Made by a program: the position numbers and the translations under genes. A stretch of 64,000 bases of DNA from Candidatus Poribacteria bacterium (GTDB lineage Bacteria > Poribacteria > WGA-4E > WGA-3G). A model generated the notes under the pieces. That model saw only the letters and a list, made by a program, of their open reading frames with translations. It had not been told where the DNA came from and searched no databases. The stretch covers positions 320,001 through 384,000 of the forward strand of contig CBDBFU010000014.1 of assembly GCA_965205025.1 (NCBI GenBank). The letters are read 5' to 3'. The number at the start of each line of letters is the position of its first letter. Position 1 is the stretch's first letter. This document shows, one piece after another, positions 11,067 through 21,673 of the stretch.

Positions 11067-13940
11067 ATGAAAAAAATAACTACATCAATAATCATCGGAA
11101 TTACATTTCTCTTAATTACTTCAATCACCATAGCACAAGAGAAATGGGAAATAAATATGAGGAAAGACTTTGAGAAAGTGTTGAAAACAAATAAGAACGC
11201 AACAGAGAAACATAGAGATTTAATAGATAAGTGGAAAGAGGAAGGACACCTGGCTGATCTTACAACTCTATATGAATCTGAAAAACCGAATAAACAAGAT
11301 GATGCTCCATTCTTCTATGGATTAGGTTATGTCTATGTTCTTACAAATCCAAATCTCAAAGCAACTACCGATGAAAAGGCAATTCACAATTTTGAAACTG
11401 CAATACAGATTGATCCTTCCCTTTTTTGGGCACATTATAGTTTAGGGGCTGTCTTTAAAAAGCAGGAAAGATATGATGAAGCCTTAGCAAAATTTAAGAC
11501 CTGTCTCACACTCAACCCAGACTATTATCCTGCACATTACTATATCGGTGAAATACAACTGAAACAGGGGAATCATTCTGACGCACTTTCTTCATTTCAA
11601 TTCGCTCAATCCTTGAATCCTAAATGGGAATACCCAATTTATGGAACAGGTTTAGTTTATCTTGACCAAGGTGATCGAAATCAAGCACGAGAAACTTTTG
11701 AACGTGCAATTCAATATAATCCAAAATTTGCACCTGCATATATTAAATTAGGACAAATCCTTGCAATGGATAAATTCTATGATGATGCACTGCAAGAATA
11801 TCAGAAATCATCTGAATACCAACCCTATACAGGAAATGATGTTTTTGAGTTAGCGGTCATTTTTGCTGATACTGGAAATGCAGATGGAGCTATACAATTA
11901 TATCAACGAACTCTTGAACTCGATCCTACTCACGCTCCCGCACATTTGGCAGTTGCTGATATTTTATATTCTCAAGGTGATACGAAAACTGCTGCCATTC
12001 ACTACCAAAAGGCAATTGAGCAAGACCCCACACTCAAAGATCATATCTTTAAACCCTTAGAACCATATTATGTTGGAATTATGAGTGCGGAGGAAGCACG
12101 CCAACATCTCGAAAAAATTATGTCTATATTACCTAATGACCCTCGACCTTATTTCTATTTAGGTAAATTGGAAGCAGATTCTGGGAATATACCACAGGCA
12201 ATTGAAAACTACAATAAGACACGGGAAATTGTAGAATTAGAACCCAATTTTCTGGAGATGGAACTACCACTTGGACAATTTAATGATGTCTATTTTATTC
12301 TCGGTGAACTTTATTATAAACAAGATAAGAAAGAAGAAGCATCGATTAATTTTAAACGTGCATTACAAGTGGATCCAACCCTAAGAACACGATTCTTGGA
12401 TGAAGGTAAAAATGCCTTTGATAATGAAAATTATAAAGAGTCTATTCTTCCGTTAAACAAACACCTACTTCTTTTTCCAAATGAAATAAAGGCAATCTAC
12501 CTGTTAGGACAGAGTTACGAAGCAGATGGAAATACGGAAAATGCTCTCCAATATTATAATAGGTCTATTGAATTGGATCCAAACAGATCTGATATTTTAT
12601 ATAAGATGGTACATATTTATCGAGAAACTGAATCACATCAGAATGCACTCGATACATTAAAGAAACTAATTATTTTAGATGCGAATGATTCTGAAGCACA
12701 CTACCTATCTGCCCTAACATATCTATCATTAGGTAATCAAGAAGAAGCCTTGAATGCTTTTCTGGAGACTATAAGATTGACGCCTGACAATGTGGCTGCA
12801 CAATATCAAACTGGATTGCTATATGAAGACAAAGGTGATCTGGACAATGCGCTTATATATTATGAAGAAACTATAAAATTAGATCCTGAAAACCCAGAAC
12901 CCTTTTTCAAACTCGGTGCTATCTATTTAAATCGTAATGATGAAGATAATATGATTAGAATTTATGAACCTGCGTTAATACTGGAACCCAACCATCCTGA
13001 GATACATTATAAGATGGCTACAATCTTTGAAAAACGGAGTAAAACTGATTCGGAAGGATTCAATTCTGATATTATACTCAAAGCTTTTCATCACTACGGC
13101 TTAGCAAATGAACATGATCCAGAACAATATGAGTGGCATTACCAATTCGCCAGATTATTGGATACCTACGCAGAAACACTTGAGGATTTTGTGAAATACG
13201 CTGAAATGGCTGTTAGTGAATATACGACAACTATTGCTCTCAAACCAGATTTTGCTGATGCATACTACTATAGAGCAATGATTACAAATCGCTATAAACG
13301 TATTGGTGAAAAACTTTACAGAAGTAGTCAGATCCTTGAAGATTTTAACCAAGTTGTTGAATTAGATCCAAAGAACGTTGACGCGTTATTCCATATTGGA
13401 ACACTTCAACTTTGGATTGAAAAATACAAACTCGCAGAAGAGACTTTTAAGAAGGTCATCAAACTTGATCCAACCTATAAAGGTGTCCATTCTCAATTAG
13501 GAGAACTTGCTGAAAGAAATCAGGAGTTTAAGAAAGCTATTCAATTATATGAAAAAGAGTTAACCTTAGATGATAAGGCAGTTGTCGCATATCAACGCCT
13601 CGGTGATCTTTATTACAATTCTGAAATGCAATTGAATAAAGCTAATGATATGTTAGAAAAGGCACTTGAGCTTAGTGAGAGACATGTTCCTACAATTCTT
13701 GTTTATGCAAATGTTCTGTATAGTATGGACAAACTCGGAGCAGCTGCAGATCAATTTGAACGGGCAATTCAATTTGAGCCACGCAATCTAACAGCAAACT
13801 ATAATCTTGCATTAATGTATCAATATTCTGAACGTATTAAATTAGCTACAGAACAATGGAAGCATTTTCTGACATTGAACCCTCCAGAACAGTGGAAAAT
13901 AGAAGCAGAAAACAATCTTAGAGATATTGAAAACAAATAA
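11067..13940 (+). CDS. Large multi-TPR protein with N-terminal signal peptide
   Basis: MKKITTSIIIGITFLLITSITIA leader after a GGAG RBS; many TPR units (AHYxLG..A..F..A..LxP). Confidence 0.9.
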   Translation: MKKITTSIIIGITFLLITSITIAQEKWEINMRKDFEKVLKTNKNATEKHRDLIDKWKEEGHLADLTTLYESEKPNKQDDAPFFYGLGYVYVLTNPNLKATTDEKAIHNFETAIQIDPSLFWAHYSLGAVFKKQERYDEALAKFKTCLTLNPDYYPAHYYIGEIQLKQGNHSDALSSFQFAQSLNPKWEYPIYGTGLVYLDQGDRNQARETFERAIQYNPKFAPAYIKLGQILAMDKFYDDALQEYQKSSEYQPYTGNDVFELAVIFADTGNADGAIQLYQRTLELDPTHAPAHLAVADILYSQGDTKTAAIHYQKAIEQDPTLKDHIFKPLEPYYVGIMSAEEARQHLEKIMSILPNDPRPYFYLGKLEADSGNIPQAIENYNKTREIVELEPNFLEMELPLGQFNDVYFILGELYYKQDKKEEASINFKRALQVDPTLRTRFLDEGKNAFDNENYKESILPLNKHLLLFPNEIKAIYLLGQSYEADGNTENALQYYNRSIELDPNRSDILYKMVHIYRETESHQNALDTLKKLIILDANDSEAHYLSALTYLSLGNQEEALNAFLETIRLTPDNVAAQYQTGLLYEDKGDLDNALIYYEETIKLDPENPEPFFKLGAIYLNRNDEDNMIRIYEPALILEPNHPEIHYKMATIFEKRSKTDSEGFNSDIILKAFHHYGLANEHDPEQYEWHYQFARLLDTYAETLEDFVKYAEMAVSEYTTTIALKPDFADAYYYRAMITNRYKRIGEKLYRSSQILEDFNQVVELDPKNVDALFHIGTLQLWIEKYKLAEETFKKVIKLDPTYKGVHSQLGELAERNQEFKKAIQLYEKELTLDDKAVVAYQRLGDLYYNSEMQLNKANDMLEKALELSERHVPTILVYANVLYSMDKLGAAADQFERAIQFEPRNLTANYNLALMYQYSERIKLATEQWKHFLTLNPPEQWKIEAENNLRDIENK

Positions 13941-14020
13941 AAAACATGTCAGATATCTCTAATTTCGAACTAATTAAAAATTTACCACATGTCTATGGAT
14001 ACAGACAATAAATCTTCAAC

Positions 14021-14130
14021 ATTTCCTCTTAAAGTCCCCCTGATAAGGGGGATTTAGGGGGTTAAAAACATTAAATAAACGATTTTATATGCAAATATAT
14101 CCGTTCTCCGTTCAAATTGCATTTGTCCTG
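14021..14130. mobile_element. Degenerate copy of the IS701-derived MITE
   Basis: Same core aaagtccccctgataagggggatttagggggttaaa; decayed right end tgcatttgtcctg. Confidence 0.7.
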
Positions 14131-14155
14131 TTAATTATCAAACTCACGTTACAAC

Positions 14156-14845
14156 ATGTCTATAAATTCAGACAATAAATCTTCAACATTTCCATTGACA
14201 CATTTTCAGGAAACACTTAATACAGATCTGATTGGCAGGTCTGGCATACAATTCTACAATGAAGTATCATCAACAAACGATGCTGCAATCCAGCAAGGTA
14301 AGATGTATGGAGCACAGGAAGGAAAACTTTTCATAGCTGATTACCAAACTGCCGGACGCGGACGATATGGTCGCAAATGGAATGCTTTACATGGGAAGTG
14401 TCTCTTAGTTTCTATTATCTTTACACATCGTCTGAAAAAGGATGAAGTACATTTACCCAATCTGATAGGGGCACTCTCTATCGCACAAGCCATCAGTTCA
14501 TTTTTGACCCTACATGCAAGGATAAAACATCCAAACGATGTCCGTATAAATAAAAAGAAAGTTGCTGGAGTCTTAACCGAGATTCAATATGATAAAAACA
14601 AACATCCATTTTTCGTATTAGGTTTTGGGGTCAATGTCAATATCACATTACAGGAATTTCCAACTTCGCTCCAAAAAACTGCAACATCATTATTCATAGA
14701 ATCTAAACTTCAAAATGATGATATGTGTAGAGGGGAAATACTCAATCAGATTTTGACCTATCTTGAGAAAAATTATCTTCTTCTAAAATCCGGAAATGTC
14801 CAGCAAATCAAATCTGATTTAAGTAAGTGGGAAGAGGTATCATGA
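14156..14845 (+). CDS. birA: Biotin--[acetyl-CoA carboxylase] ligase, no HTH domain
   Basis: SSTND, QTAGRGRYGRKW, IKHPNDV, KKVAGVLTE, GFGVNVN. Confidence 0.9.
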   Translation: MSINSDNKSSTFPLTHFQETLNTDLIGRSGIQFYNEVSSTNDAAIQQGKMYGAQEGKLFIADYQTAGRGRYGRKWNALHGKCLLVSIIFTHRLKKDEVHLPNLIGALSIAQAISSFLTLHARIKHPNDVRINKKKVAGVLTEIQYDKNKHPFFVLGFGVNVNITLQEFPTSLQKTATSLFIESKLQNDDMCRGEILNQILTYLEKNYLLLKSGNVQQIKSDLSKWEEVS

Positions 14846-15279
14846 AAATCATTGTCAGTGCATGCCTTCTTGGCACAAATTGTCGCTATGACGGTGGGAA
14901 CAGTAAAAACTTGAAGGTAATAAACCTGACTAAGAAAGATGACCTAATACCTGTGTGTCCAGAAGAAGCAGGAGGGTTACCTACTCCTCGTCCCGCAGTT
15001 GAAATCGTCGGTGGGGATGGTGATGATGTCTTGGATGGAAAGGCGAAAGTACTTACATCAGATGGAGAAGATAAAACAGCTGAATTCATAAAAGGTGCAC
15101 AATATGCTCTCGAATTGATCCAATCTGAAGGAGCAACGAAAGTAATACTTAAATCAAGAAGTCCATCATGTGGTTGTGGAGAAATCTATGACGGATCGTT
15201 TTCTGGATCTCTCATTTCAGGAAATGGAGTCACGACTGCTCTCTTAAAAAGACATGGAATAGAGGTAATTTCAATATAA
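14842..15279 (+). CDS. DUF523 family (TudS/2-thiouracil desulfurase-like) Fe-S protein
   Basis: SACLLGxxCRYDG, VCPEExGGLxTPR, LKSRSPSCG; ATGA overlap with the birA stop. Confidence 0.85.
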   Translation: MKIIVSACLLGTNCRYDGGNSKNLKVINLTKKDDLIPVCPEEAGGLPTPRPAVEIVGGDGDDVLDGKAKVLTSDGEDKTAEFIKGAQYALELIQSEGATKVILKSRSPSCGCGEIYDGSFSGSLISGNGVTTALLKRHGIEVISI

Positions 15280-15300
15280 AGACCTGAATTTGAAATATAC

Positions 15301-16074
15301 CTATCCCATCAACTTAATTATCTGTTCACCAATTTCTGGACTTCGCATCAGTGATTCCCCCACCAATATAGCATTTAAACCAACCTGTTCTAACTTTTTT
15401 ACATCCTCACGTGAAAGAATGCCACTTTCACTAATGACAACTTTATCGTCCGGTATTAATTCATACAATCTAAATGTTGTTTCCAAATCTGTATGAAATG
15501 TCTTCAAATTCCTATTATTTATCCCAATAATCTCAGCACCTACATCTAAAGCAATTTCAAGATCTTCTTCTGTATGGACTTCAACAACAGATGCCATAGT
15601 GAGAGATGAAGCAATATCTATAAATTCTTGTAATTGACTTGATGTTAATGCAGCAACAATTAAGAGAATAGCATCCGCCCCTCCAACGCGAGCTTGATAA
15701 ATGTGGTACGGATCAATAGTGAAATCTTTTCTCAGTAAAGGTACATCAACAACTTCTCTAATTGAGGTAAGATAATCAAGTTTACCATCAAAGAATCTTA
15801 CATCAGTCAATACAGATATAGCAGCAGCACCATATTCAGCATAGGTTTCAGCAATTCGAATAGGATCAAATGACGCACGGATAATACCCTTACTCGGAGA
15901 TTTCTTCTTAACCTCGGCTATAAGGCTCATCTCCTCAGTTATTGAAATTGCTTCCATAAAGTCTTTCGTTGGGTGAATGGAGTTTAACTTACTATGTAGT
16001 GTCGAAAGTGGCACTGAATTCTTATCAAATTCCAATTCTTTCAGTTTATGTCCAATTATTGTTTCTAATATCAA
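15301..16074 (-). CDS. trpC: Indole-3-glycerol phosphate synthase
   Basis: IAEVKKKSPSKG, LLRKDF, GINNRNL, SESGI. Confidence 0.95.
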   Translation of the reverse strand: MILETIIGHKLKELEFDKNSVPLSTLHSKLNSIHPTKDFMEAISITEEMSLIAEVKKKSPSKGIIRASFDPIRIAETYAEYGAAAISVLTDVRFFDGKLDYLTSIREVVDVPLLRKDFTIDPYHIYQARVGGADAILLIVAALTSSQLQEFIDIASSLTMASVVEVHTEEDLEIALDVGAEIIGINNRNLKTFHTDLETTFRLYELIPDDKVVISESGILSREDVKKLEQVGLNAILVGESLMRSPEIGEQIIKLMG

Positions 16075-16132
16075 TGGAATACCTACTTTATAAATTTAAA
16101 TCATGATATTGACCTAAACATTTTATTTTAGA

Positions 16133-17143
16133 TTACTCGTTTGAAATCACCCTTAATTCTTCAAGTTTTTCAAAAGCACGTCCTGAATCAATCGAATCAA
16201 TTGCCAGTTTCATTCCCACCTCAAGGTTTTCTGCCTTTCCACCTGCAACAATTGCAGCCCCAGCATTTAATAAAACTATATCACGTTTAGGTCCCATTTG
16301 ACCCTTTAGTATATTCGTGGTAATTTCAGCATTCTCTTCAGGTGTACCACCAAGGAGTGATTCTTGTTCTGTCTTTGGGATACCAAGCGTTGTCGGATCA
16401 AGTGTGTATGTATTCACATCACCATTCTTTAATTCCGATATTCGAGTTGTTGTTGTAGTAGTAATTTCATCTAACCCATCAGCACCGTGGACAATAAATG
16501 CATGTATTGTACCAAGATTCTTAAGCACATGTGCATGTGTTTCAGTAAGTTCAGAAGAATATACTCCTAATACTTGAGCCTTTGCACCTGCAGGATTTGT
16601 CAGAGGACCAATAGCATTGAATATCGTTCGAATCCCAATTTCTCTCCTCGGACCGATAGCATGTTTCATCGCACCATGTAATAGTGGGGCAAACAGAAAA
16701 CCAACCCCTACTTCATCAATACACTTTCCAACCTGTTCGGGGGATATCTCAATGTTTACACCAAGAGCCATTAACACATTAGCACTTCCACTTTGACGAG
16801 TTACACCTCTATTCCCATGTTTTGCAACTGAAATACCTGCACCAGCAACCACAAAAGCAGAGGTTGTTGATATATTAAATGAATGTAATCCTGTACCTCC
16901 TGTACTACAAGTATCAACAACAAGAGGATGTTTTGTAGTAATCTTTGTTGCTTTTTCACGCATCACGCGCACTGCCCCAGTAATTTCTTCTACTGTCTCT
17001 CCTTTCAGTCGCAAGGCAGTAAGAAAACACGCAATTTGGGCATCTGTGGCATCCCCTTCCATGATTTCACTCATGGCTCCAACCATTTCTACTTCTTCTA
17101 AGTCGTTCCCCTCAACAACCTTCTGTATTGCATCTTGGATCAC
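16133..17143 (-). CDS. trpD: Anthranilate phosphoribosyltransferase
   Basis: DTCSTGG, FNIST, VAKHGNR, RTIFNAIGPLTNP, GLDEI. Confidence 0.95.
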   Translation of the reverse strand: MIQDAIQKVVEGNDLEEVEMVGAMSEIMEGDATDAQIACFLTALRLKGETVEEITGAVRVMREKATKITTKHPLVVDTCSTGGTGLHSFNISTTSAFVVAGAGISVAKHGNRGVTRQSGSANVLMALGVNIEISPEQVGKCIDEVGVGFLFAPLLHGAMKHAIGPRREIGIRTIFNAIGPLTNPAGAKAQVLGVYSSELTETHAHVLKNLGTIHAFIVHGADGLDEITTTTTTRISELKNGDVNTYTLDPTTLGIPKTEQESLLGGTPEENAEITTNILKGQMGPKRDIVLLNAGAAIVAGGKAENLEVGMKLAIDSIDSGRAFEKLEELRVISNE

Positions 17144-17247
17144 CTAAACACCTCCATAGTTAACCATATATCATACATTGTAGTAAACCATCATATTATA
17201 ACCAAAAAACACCTATAATTCAAGAATAGATACACATATTCTCCTCT

Positions 17248-17312
17248 TCTCTTCTGTAGGAGCGATTTCCGATTCCCAACTCTCCTCTTCTGTAGGAGCG
17301 ATCTCCGAGATT
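17248..17312. repeat. Tandem GTAGGAG REP-like units, 36-bp period
   Basis: cttctgtaggagcgat(t/c)tccga twice; same family at 58378-58446. Confidence 0.7.
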
Positions 17313-17474
17313 CAAAAAAATACCTCTTTGTACCACAAACTTTCAGTTTGTGACCTGAAAAATGACTAATATAATAACCGCCTAATGAGACAATAATTTA
17401 TGGAAATGGTATAAGAACATAATAACCAAAATTATTGAAGAAAACCAAATCATAATACAACTAAAGATATAAAT

Positions 17475-17597
17475 AACATCAGTTTGATAATAAAAAATGT
17501 CAGTTCGATAGACAGAATTTTGTCCTGAAGATAGTCTTTGTAGCACAAACTTTCCAGTTTGTGCACTCTGGTGTTAACTAAAGGTTCGGGTTACAAT
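17475..17597. repeat. 123-bp dispersed repeat (copy at 57469-57591)
   Basis: Near-identical aacatcagtttgataa...gtagcacaaactttccagtttgtgc...gggttacaat. Confidence 0.85.
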
Positions 17598-18520
17598 ATA
17601 ATAATACAATCAAACATAGAAAAAATAGCGATGGGCTTCAATGGTCAGAAGATACAGAAAAACCAGAAAAGAACACAAAAATCAAAATTCTCAAATTTCA
17701 TGAAAATAACCATAAACCCAGTCTACTACAAGGATTAGAACAATATTACAAAGTTACACCATGTAACGAAAAGTGTAACTTTTTCATTTTACTCTCTTTC
17801 GTTTTACTAAAGAGTATCACATTAATACAGTTCCTCTTCGTAGGGACGGGGTCTCCCCGTCCGTATTTTCGATATATTATACCTGGCAAGAACAATGAAT
17901 CCTCCAAATCTATGATTAATGGGGTATGTTCTAATGTCTTGTCAAAATGGATGGAGAAGATAAATTACATTCAAACAATCCAAAATTTATGGATTAGCGG
18001 AAAAGCAAAAGACACAAAATTCATCATTTTAGAGAATTCTCGTAACCTTAAAAAAGTGGCTATGAACATAGTGTAGTACTGACGGGATAGAGGTTTTATC
18101 AATGTCACACCATGTGACAAAAAGTGTAACAATTTAAACTAATAGATAATATATATATTGCAATTTGTAAACCATTAAAAAGGGGTGCGTAAAGTAATTG
18201 TCACTTTACTTAACACCAATGAAATCTCAATTCCAATTCATACAGTCTGAATTTCGAGATTTACAGCTTATTTTTCACTACTATAATTTTGACAATTCTA
18301 TTTCAGGGAAACTGAGAATCTAATGATAAGTCTATTTTTTGGAGTTTTCTATATCAAAAATACCGTACTCCAGCGGAGTACTATGTCTATAGAAAACAAT
18401 ATCGGAACAATCTGGTACTCCAGATGAAGTTAAAAAAATAAATAGGTAATTTGGACCCAGAGCTGGTAGGTGCGGTTTCCTAACCACGGGGAATGCTAAA
18501 TAGCATTCATACCGTTGATC

Positions 18521-18997
18521 CATAGGCGTCAATTTAAGGAGAAGTACGCTATAAATTTCAGGTCGGTAGGTTCGGTTTCCTAACCGAACCGGGTTTGTTC
18601 CAATTGCGTTCATAAAGTTTTTCGCGAAGGATCCAGTGCGATTAGGAAATCGCACTATTAGCGTCAATTTAGACTATGATTTATTGGTTTTGAGTCCCGG
18701 GGAATGCCTAAATGGCATTCATACCGTTGATTTGGTAGGGACGGAATGTCTATAGAAGTGGTTATCACCAATATCCCAAGCCCCGGTGAATGCCATAAGG
18801 CATTCATACCGTTGATTCGCGGGGCGAAAGGTTTGTAGAAAACGTAATAAACACAAAACACTAAGCCCCGGGGAATGACTAAATGTCATTCATACCGTTG
18901 ATTCGCGGGGCGAAAGGTGTATCCTAAATTGATGCCTATGGTGCGATTAGGAAATCGCACCTACCGGCCTGGGAAAACCACTAAATTGACGCCTATA
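18521..18997. mobile_element. CATAGGCGTCAATTTA-ended non-autonomous element (outer copy)
   Basis: TIRs cataggcgtcaattta and taaattgacgcctata; right flank gtgcggtttcctaaccgcac; the left copy of that palindrome (from 18470) is interrupted by a micro-element. Confidence 0.75.
18656..18940. mobile_element. CATAGG-family element (inner copy) with a 20-bp palindromic direct repeat on both sides
   Basis: tattagcgtcaatttag and ctaaattgatgcctatg; gtgcgattaggaaatcgcac at 18636-18655 and 18941-18960. Confidence 0.8.
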
Positions 18998-19901
18998 GTG
19001 CGGTTTCCTAACCGCACCGGATTCTACAAGAAACTGGAAATTACCCGAATAAATTCTTTAACTTCATGCGGAGTGCTATGCCCAAATACACTATGGATGA
19101 AAAACATATAAGTACATAATACACACTTAAGTTATAATATGGTTAACGTATGTGATTCACGGAAAATTGGTATAATTGAAATTATAAACCCTTATAGGAT
19201 AAGGGCTCGTAAAATTGCTCCGTGAAGGTTTCCGTGAAAGTGCTATCATTTCAAAACGATAGATATTAACACTTTTTTACATTCACATTATCCATTCATC
19301 CAACAGAATTAGGTGTTCGATCTCACATTGAAAGCAAGAGTAACATTGTTTGTAAAATGATTTCCGAGATAAATATTGGGATCCACATACTATTGCAGCG
19401 TAATGGTTAGTGGCAAATACTTTACATACCCCTAAACATTCTGATTCTGGTAATGTATAGAGTATTGTGATATACTTACTTCAATGAAGTAATGTATGTT
19501 TTTGTCATTTTAGTTGGAACATAGATAACTCTATTGATTACTCATACTGAAGAATTATCTTAATATTAAATGAAAACAAGATCAGAACTCCCATCTTCCA
19601 CGCCTCTTGATATCCGTCACCTATTCAACAATTCGAATATCCAATTCCTACATCCAGTCGGATGGCAACTGCTTCCCCCAACCAACATGGGTTTATATAT
19701 CAAGCGGAAGCAATTCATAGATGTCTCGCTGCTGGATTACATCAGTGTCCACAATACAACAAGGAAGAATCACTTCATTCGATGAATCTATTAACGGAGA
19801 TTAATTCATCAAGATTCTCAAAGCAGTGATATTGGAAATATATTCAATTAACCTAATACCATTTCTAATTGAAAATGTCTCTTTTTTGTACCACAAACTT
19901 T

Positions 19902-20016
19902 ATGAGGATTAAATAAATAGTTCTGTAAGCCTAATTTTCCCAAACCCGGTAGGTGCGGTTTCCTAACCGCACTGAATATTTCTCCAAAACTGCCGAATTA
20001 AATAATTAATCTTTAT
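19902..20016. mobile_element. ATGAAG-family MITE (115 bp) in the loop of a GTACCACAAAC hairpin
   Basis: Empty-site paralogue at 17329-17415 (gtaccacaaactttcagtttgtgacctgaaaaatgact...). Confidence 0.8.
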
Positions 20017-20157
20017 TCAGTTTGTGACCTGAAAAATGACTACCATAATAACCACCTAATGATATAATAATTTATAGAAATAGTATAAGTTATCAATACA
20101 GTAAAATTCTATTGTGCCAAATTTTGTATGCAATAAAATTATGAATTAGGAAGTAAT

Positions 20158-21492
20158 ATGAACAAACCAAATATAATCTATATTCATTCTCATGATACTG
20201 GACGATATGTACAACCCTATGGTCACGCGATTCCTACGCCAAACATTCAAAAATTAGCCGAAGAAGGTGTCCTATTCAGAAATGCCTTCTGTGCAAATCC
20301 AACATGTTCACCTTCTCGCGCATCACTTCTAACTGGACAGTGGGCACATAGTTGTGGCATGGGTGGTTTAGCAAATCGAGGATGGAGTTTACCTGTTCCT
20401 GAACATCTCATACCTCATACTTTAAATAGTGCAGGTTATGAAACTGCATTAGCAGGATTCCAGCATGTCGTACGCAACGTTGAGGATACAGGTTATCAAC
20501 GGATCTTATCAAAAGAATATGGAAAGTCAGGGGCTGAAGAACGTGCATGTGCATTTCTATCTGAAAAGCATAATTCTCCCTTCTTCTTAGATATCGGGTT
20601 TGGAGAAACACACAGGAAGGCAAAAGGTTTTGATCCACCCCCAGACGGTGAACCGAAAACCGATCCACGTTATGTGAAACCACCACCGACCTTCCCAGAT
20701 ACACCTGATACAAGAAAAGATATGGCAGAATACATCGATTCAGCGCGCAGATTAGATTGGAAAATGGGGAAGGTATTTGATACTTTAGAGAATAATGGAC
20801 TCGCAGAAAACACTTTGGTGATATGTACAACTGACCACGGTCTGGCTTTCCCTCGAATGAAATGTCATGTCACTGATCACGGTATCGGTGTAATGCTAAT
20901 TATACGGGGTCCCGGTGGTTTTGATGACGGTAAAGTGATTGATGGATTGGTCAGTCAGATAGATCTATTCCCAACTATCTGTGAATTAGCAGAAATTGAT
21001 CCACCGGACTGGTTACAAGGATATTCTGTTTTGCCACTTGTAGGTGGTAAAGAGAATGAAATCAGAGACGCTATCTATGCAGAGGTAAATTACCACTGTT
21101 GCTATGAACCACAACGAGCAATCCGCACCAAACGATGGAAATATATCCGTCGATATGATAACGCTAAACTGTGGGCATTACCAAACTGTGATGATAGTAT
21201 CAGTAAGACATTTATGATGGATAACGGTTGGACAGATCAACCAGTGGAATCTGAACGCTTGTATGATGTTGTATTTGATTCCTCAGAAGCACATAATCTT
21301 GCTGAAGATCCTGAGTATAATGATGTATTGCTTGAGATGCGTGGAAAATTGGAACAGTGGAGATCTGAAACAAACGATCCAGTTACTGACACCCAAATTA
21401 TGATACCGCCTGATACAGCAGTACTCAATGACCCATCAGATGTTTCTCCTGGAGACAAACATTATCCTGCATCAGAGATAGTAAATAATTGA
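20158..21492 (+). CDS. Sulfatase (Cys-type; sulfamidase-like)
   Basis: CSPSRASLLTG, TTDHG, SQIDLFPT. Confidence 0.9.
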   Translation: MNKPNIIYIHSHDTGRYVQPYGHAIPTPNIQKLAEEGVLFRNAFCANPTCSPSRASLLTGQWAHSCGMGGLANRGWSLPVPEHLIPHTLNSAGYETALAGFQHVVRNVEDTGYQRILSKEYGKSGAEERACAFLSEKHNSPFFLDIGFGETHRKAKGFDPPPDGEPKTDPRYVKPPPTFPDTPDTRKDMAEYIDSARRLDWKMGKVFDTLENNGLAENTLVICTTDHGLAFPRMKCHVTDHGIGVMLIIRGPGGFDDGKVIDGLVSQIDLFPTICELAEIDPPDWLQGYSVLPLVGGKENEIRDAIYAEVNYHCCYEPQRAIRTKRWKYIRRYDNAKLWALPNCDDSISKTFMMDNGWTDQPVESERLYDVVFDSSEAHNLAEDPEYNDVLLEMRGKLEQWRSETNDPVTDTQIMIPPDTAVLNDPSDVSPGDKHYPASEIVNN

Positions 21493-21524
21493 GGGAAATT
21501 ACTTAGTCTGGAATCGTTACAATA

Positions 21525-21673
21525 ACGTGAGTTTGATAATAGGCAAATAAGCTTTATTTTTCAAAAATATTACTTCTATACGCCCGGTAGGTGCGGTTTC
21601 CTAACCACGGGAATGCTAAATAGCATTCATACCGTTGATTCAAACATAAAAATCTGATTTTTCAAACTCACGT
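21525..21673. mobile_element. 149-bp MITE with ACGTGAGTT ends (IS982-like) and a 7-bp TSD
   Basis: acgtgagtttga...tcaaactcacgt; TACAATA at 21518-21524 and 21674-21680. It contains a REP and a micro-element. The family assignment is tentative. Confidence 0.8.

Larger units (their letters stand above)
18424..19067. mobile_element. ATGAAG-ended MITE carrying multiply nested elements
   Basis: ATGAAGTTAA...TTAACTTCAT inserted in the hairpin GTACTCCAG|GCGGAGTGC; an intact analogue is at 18366-18382. Confidence 0.75.

Noticed and set aside
19570-19785. 71-aa ORF in the intergenic gap
   Set aside because: No RBS or recognisable motif; at most a decayed fragment.
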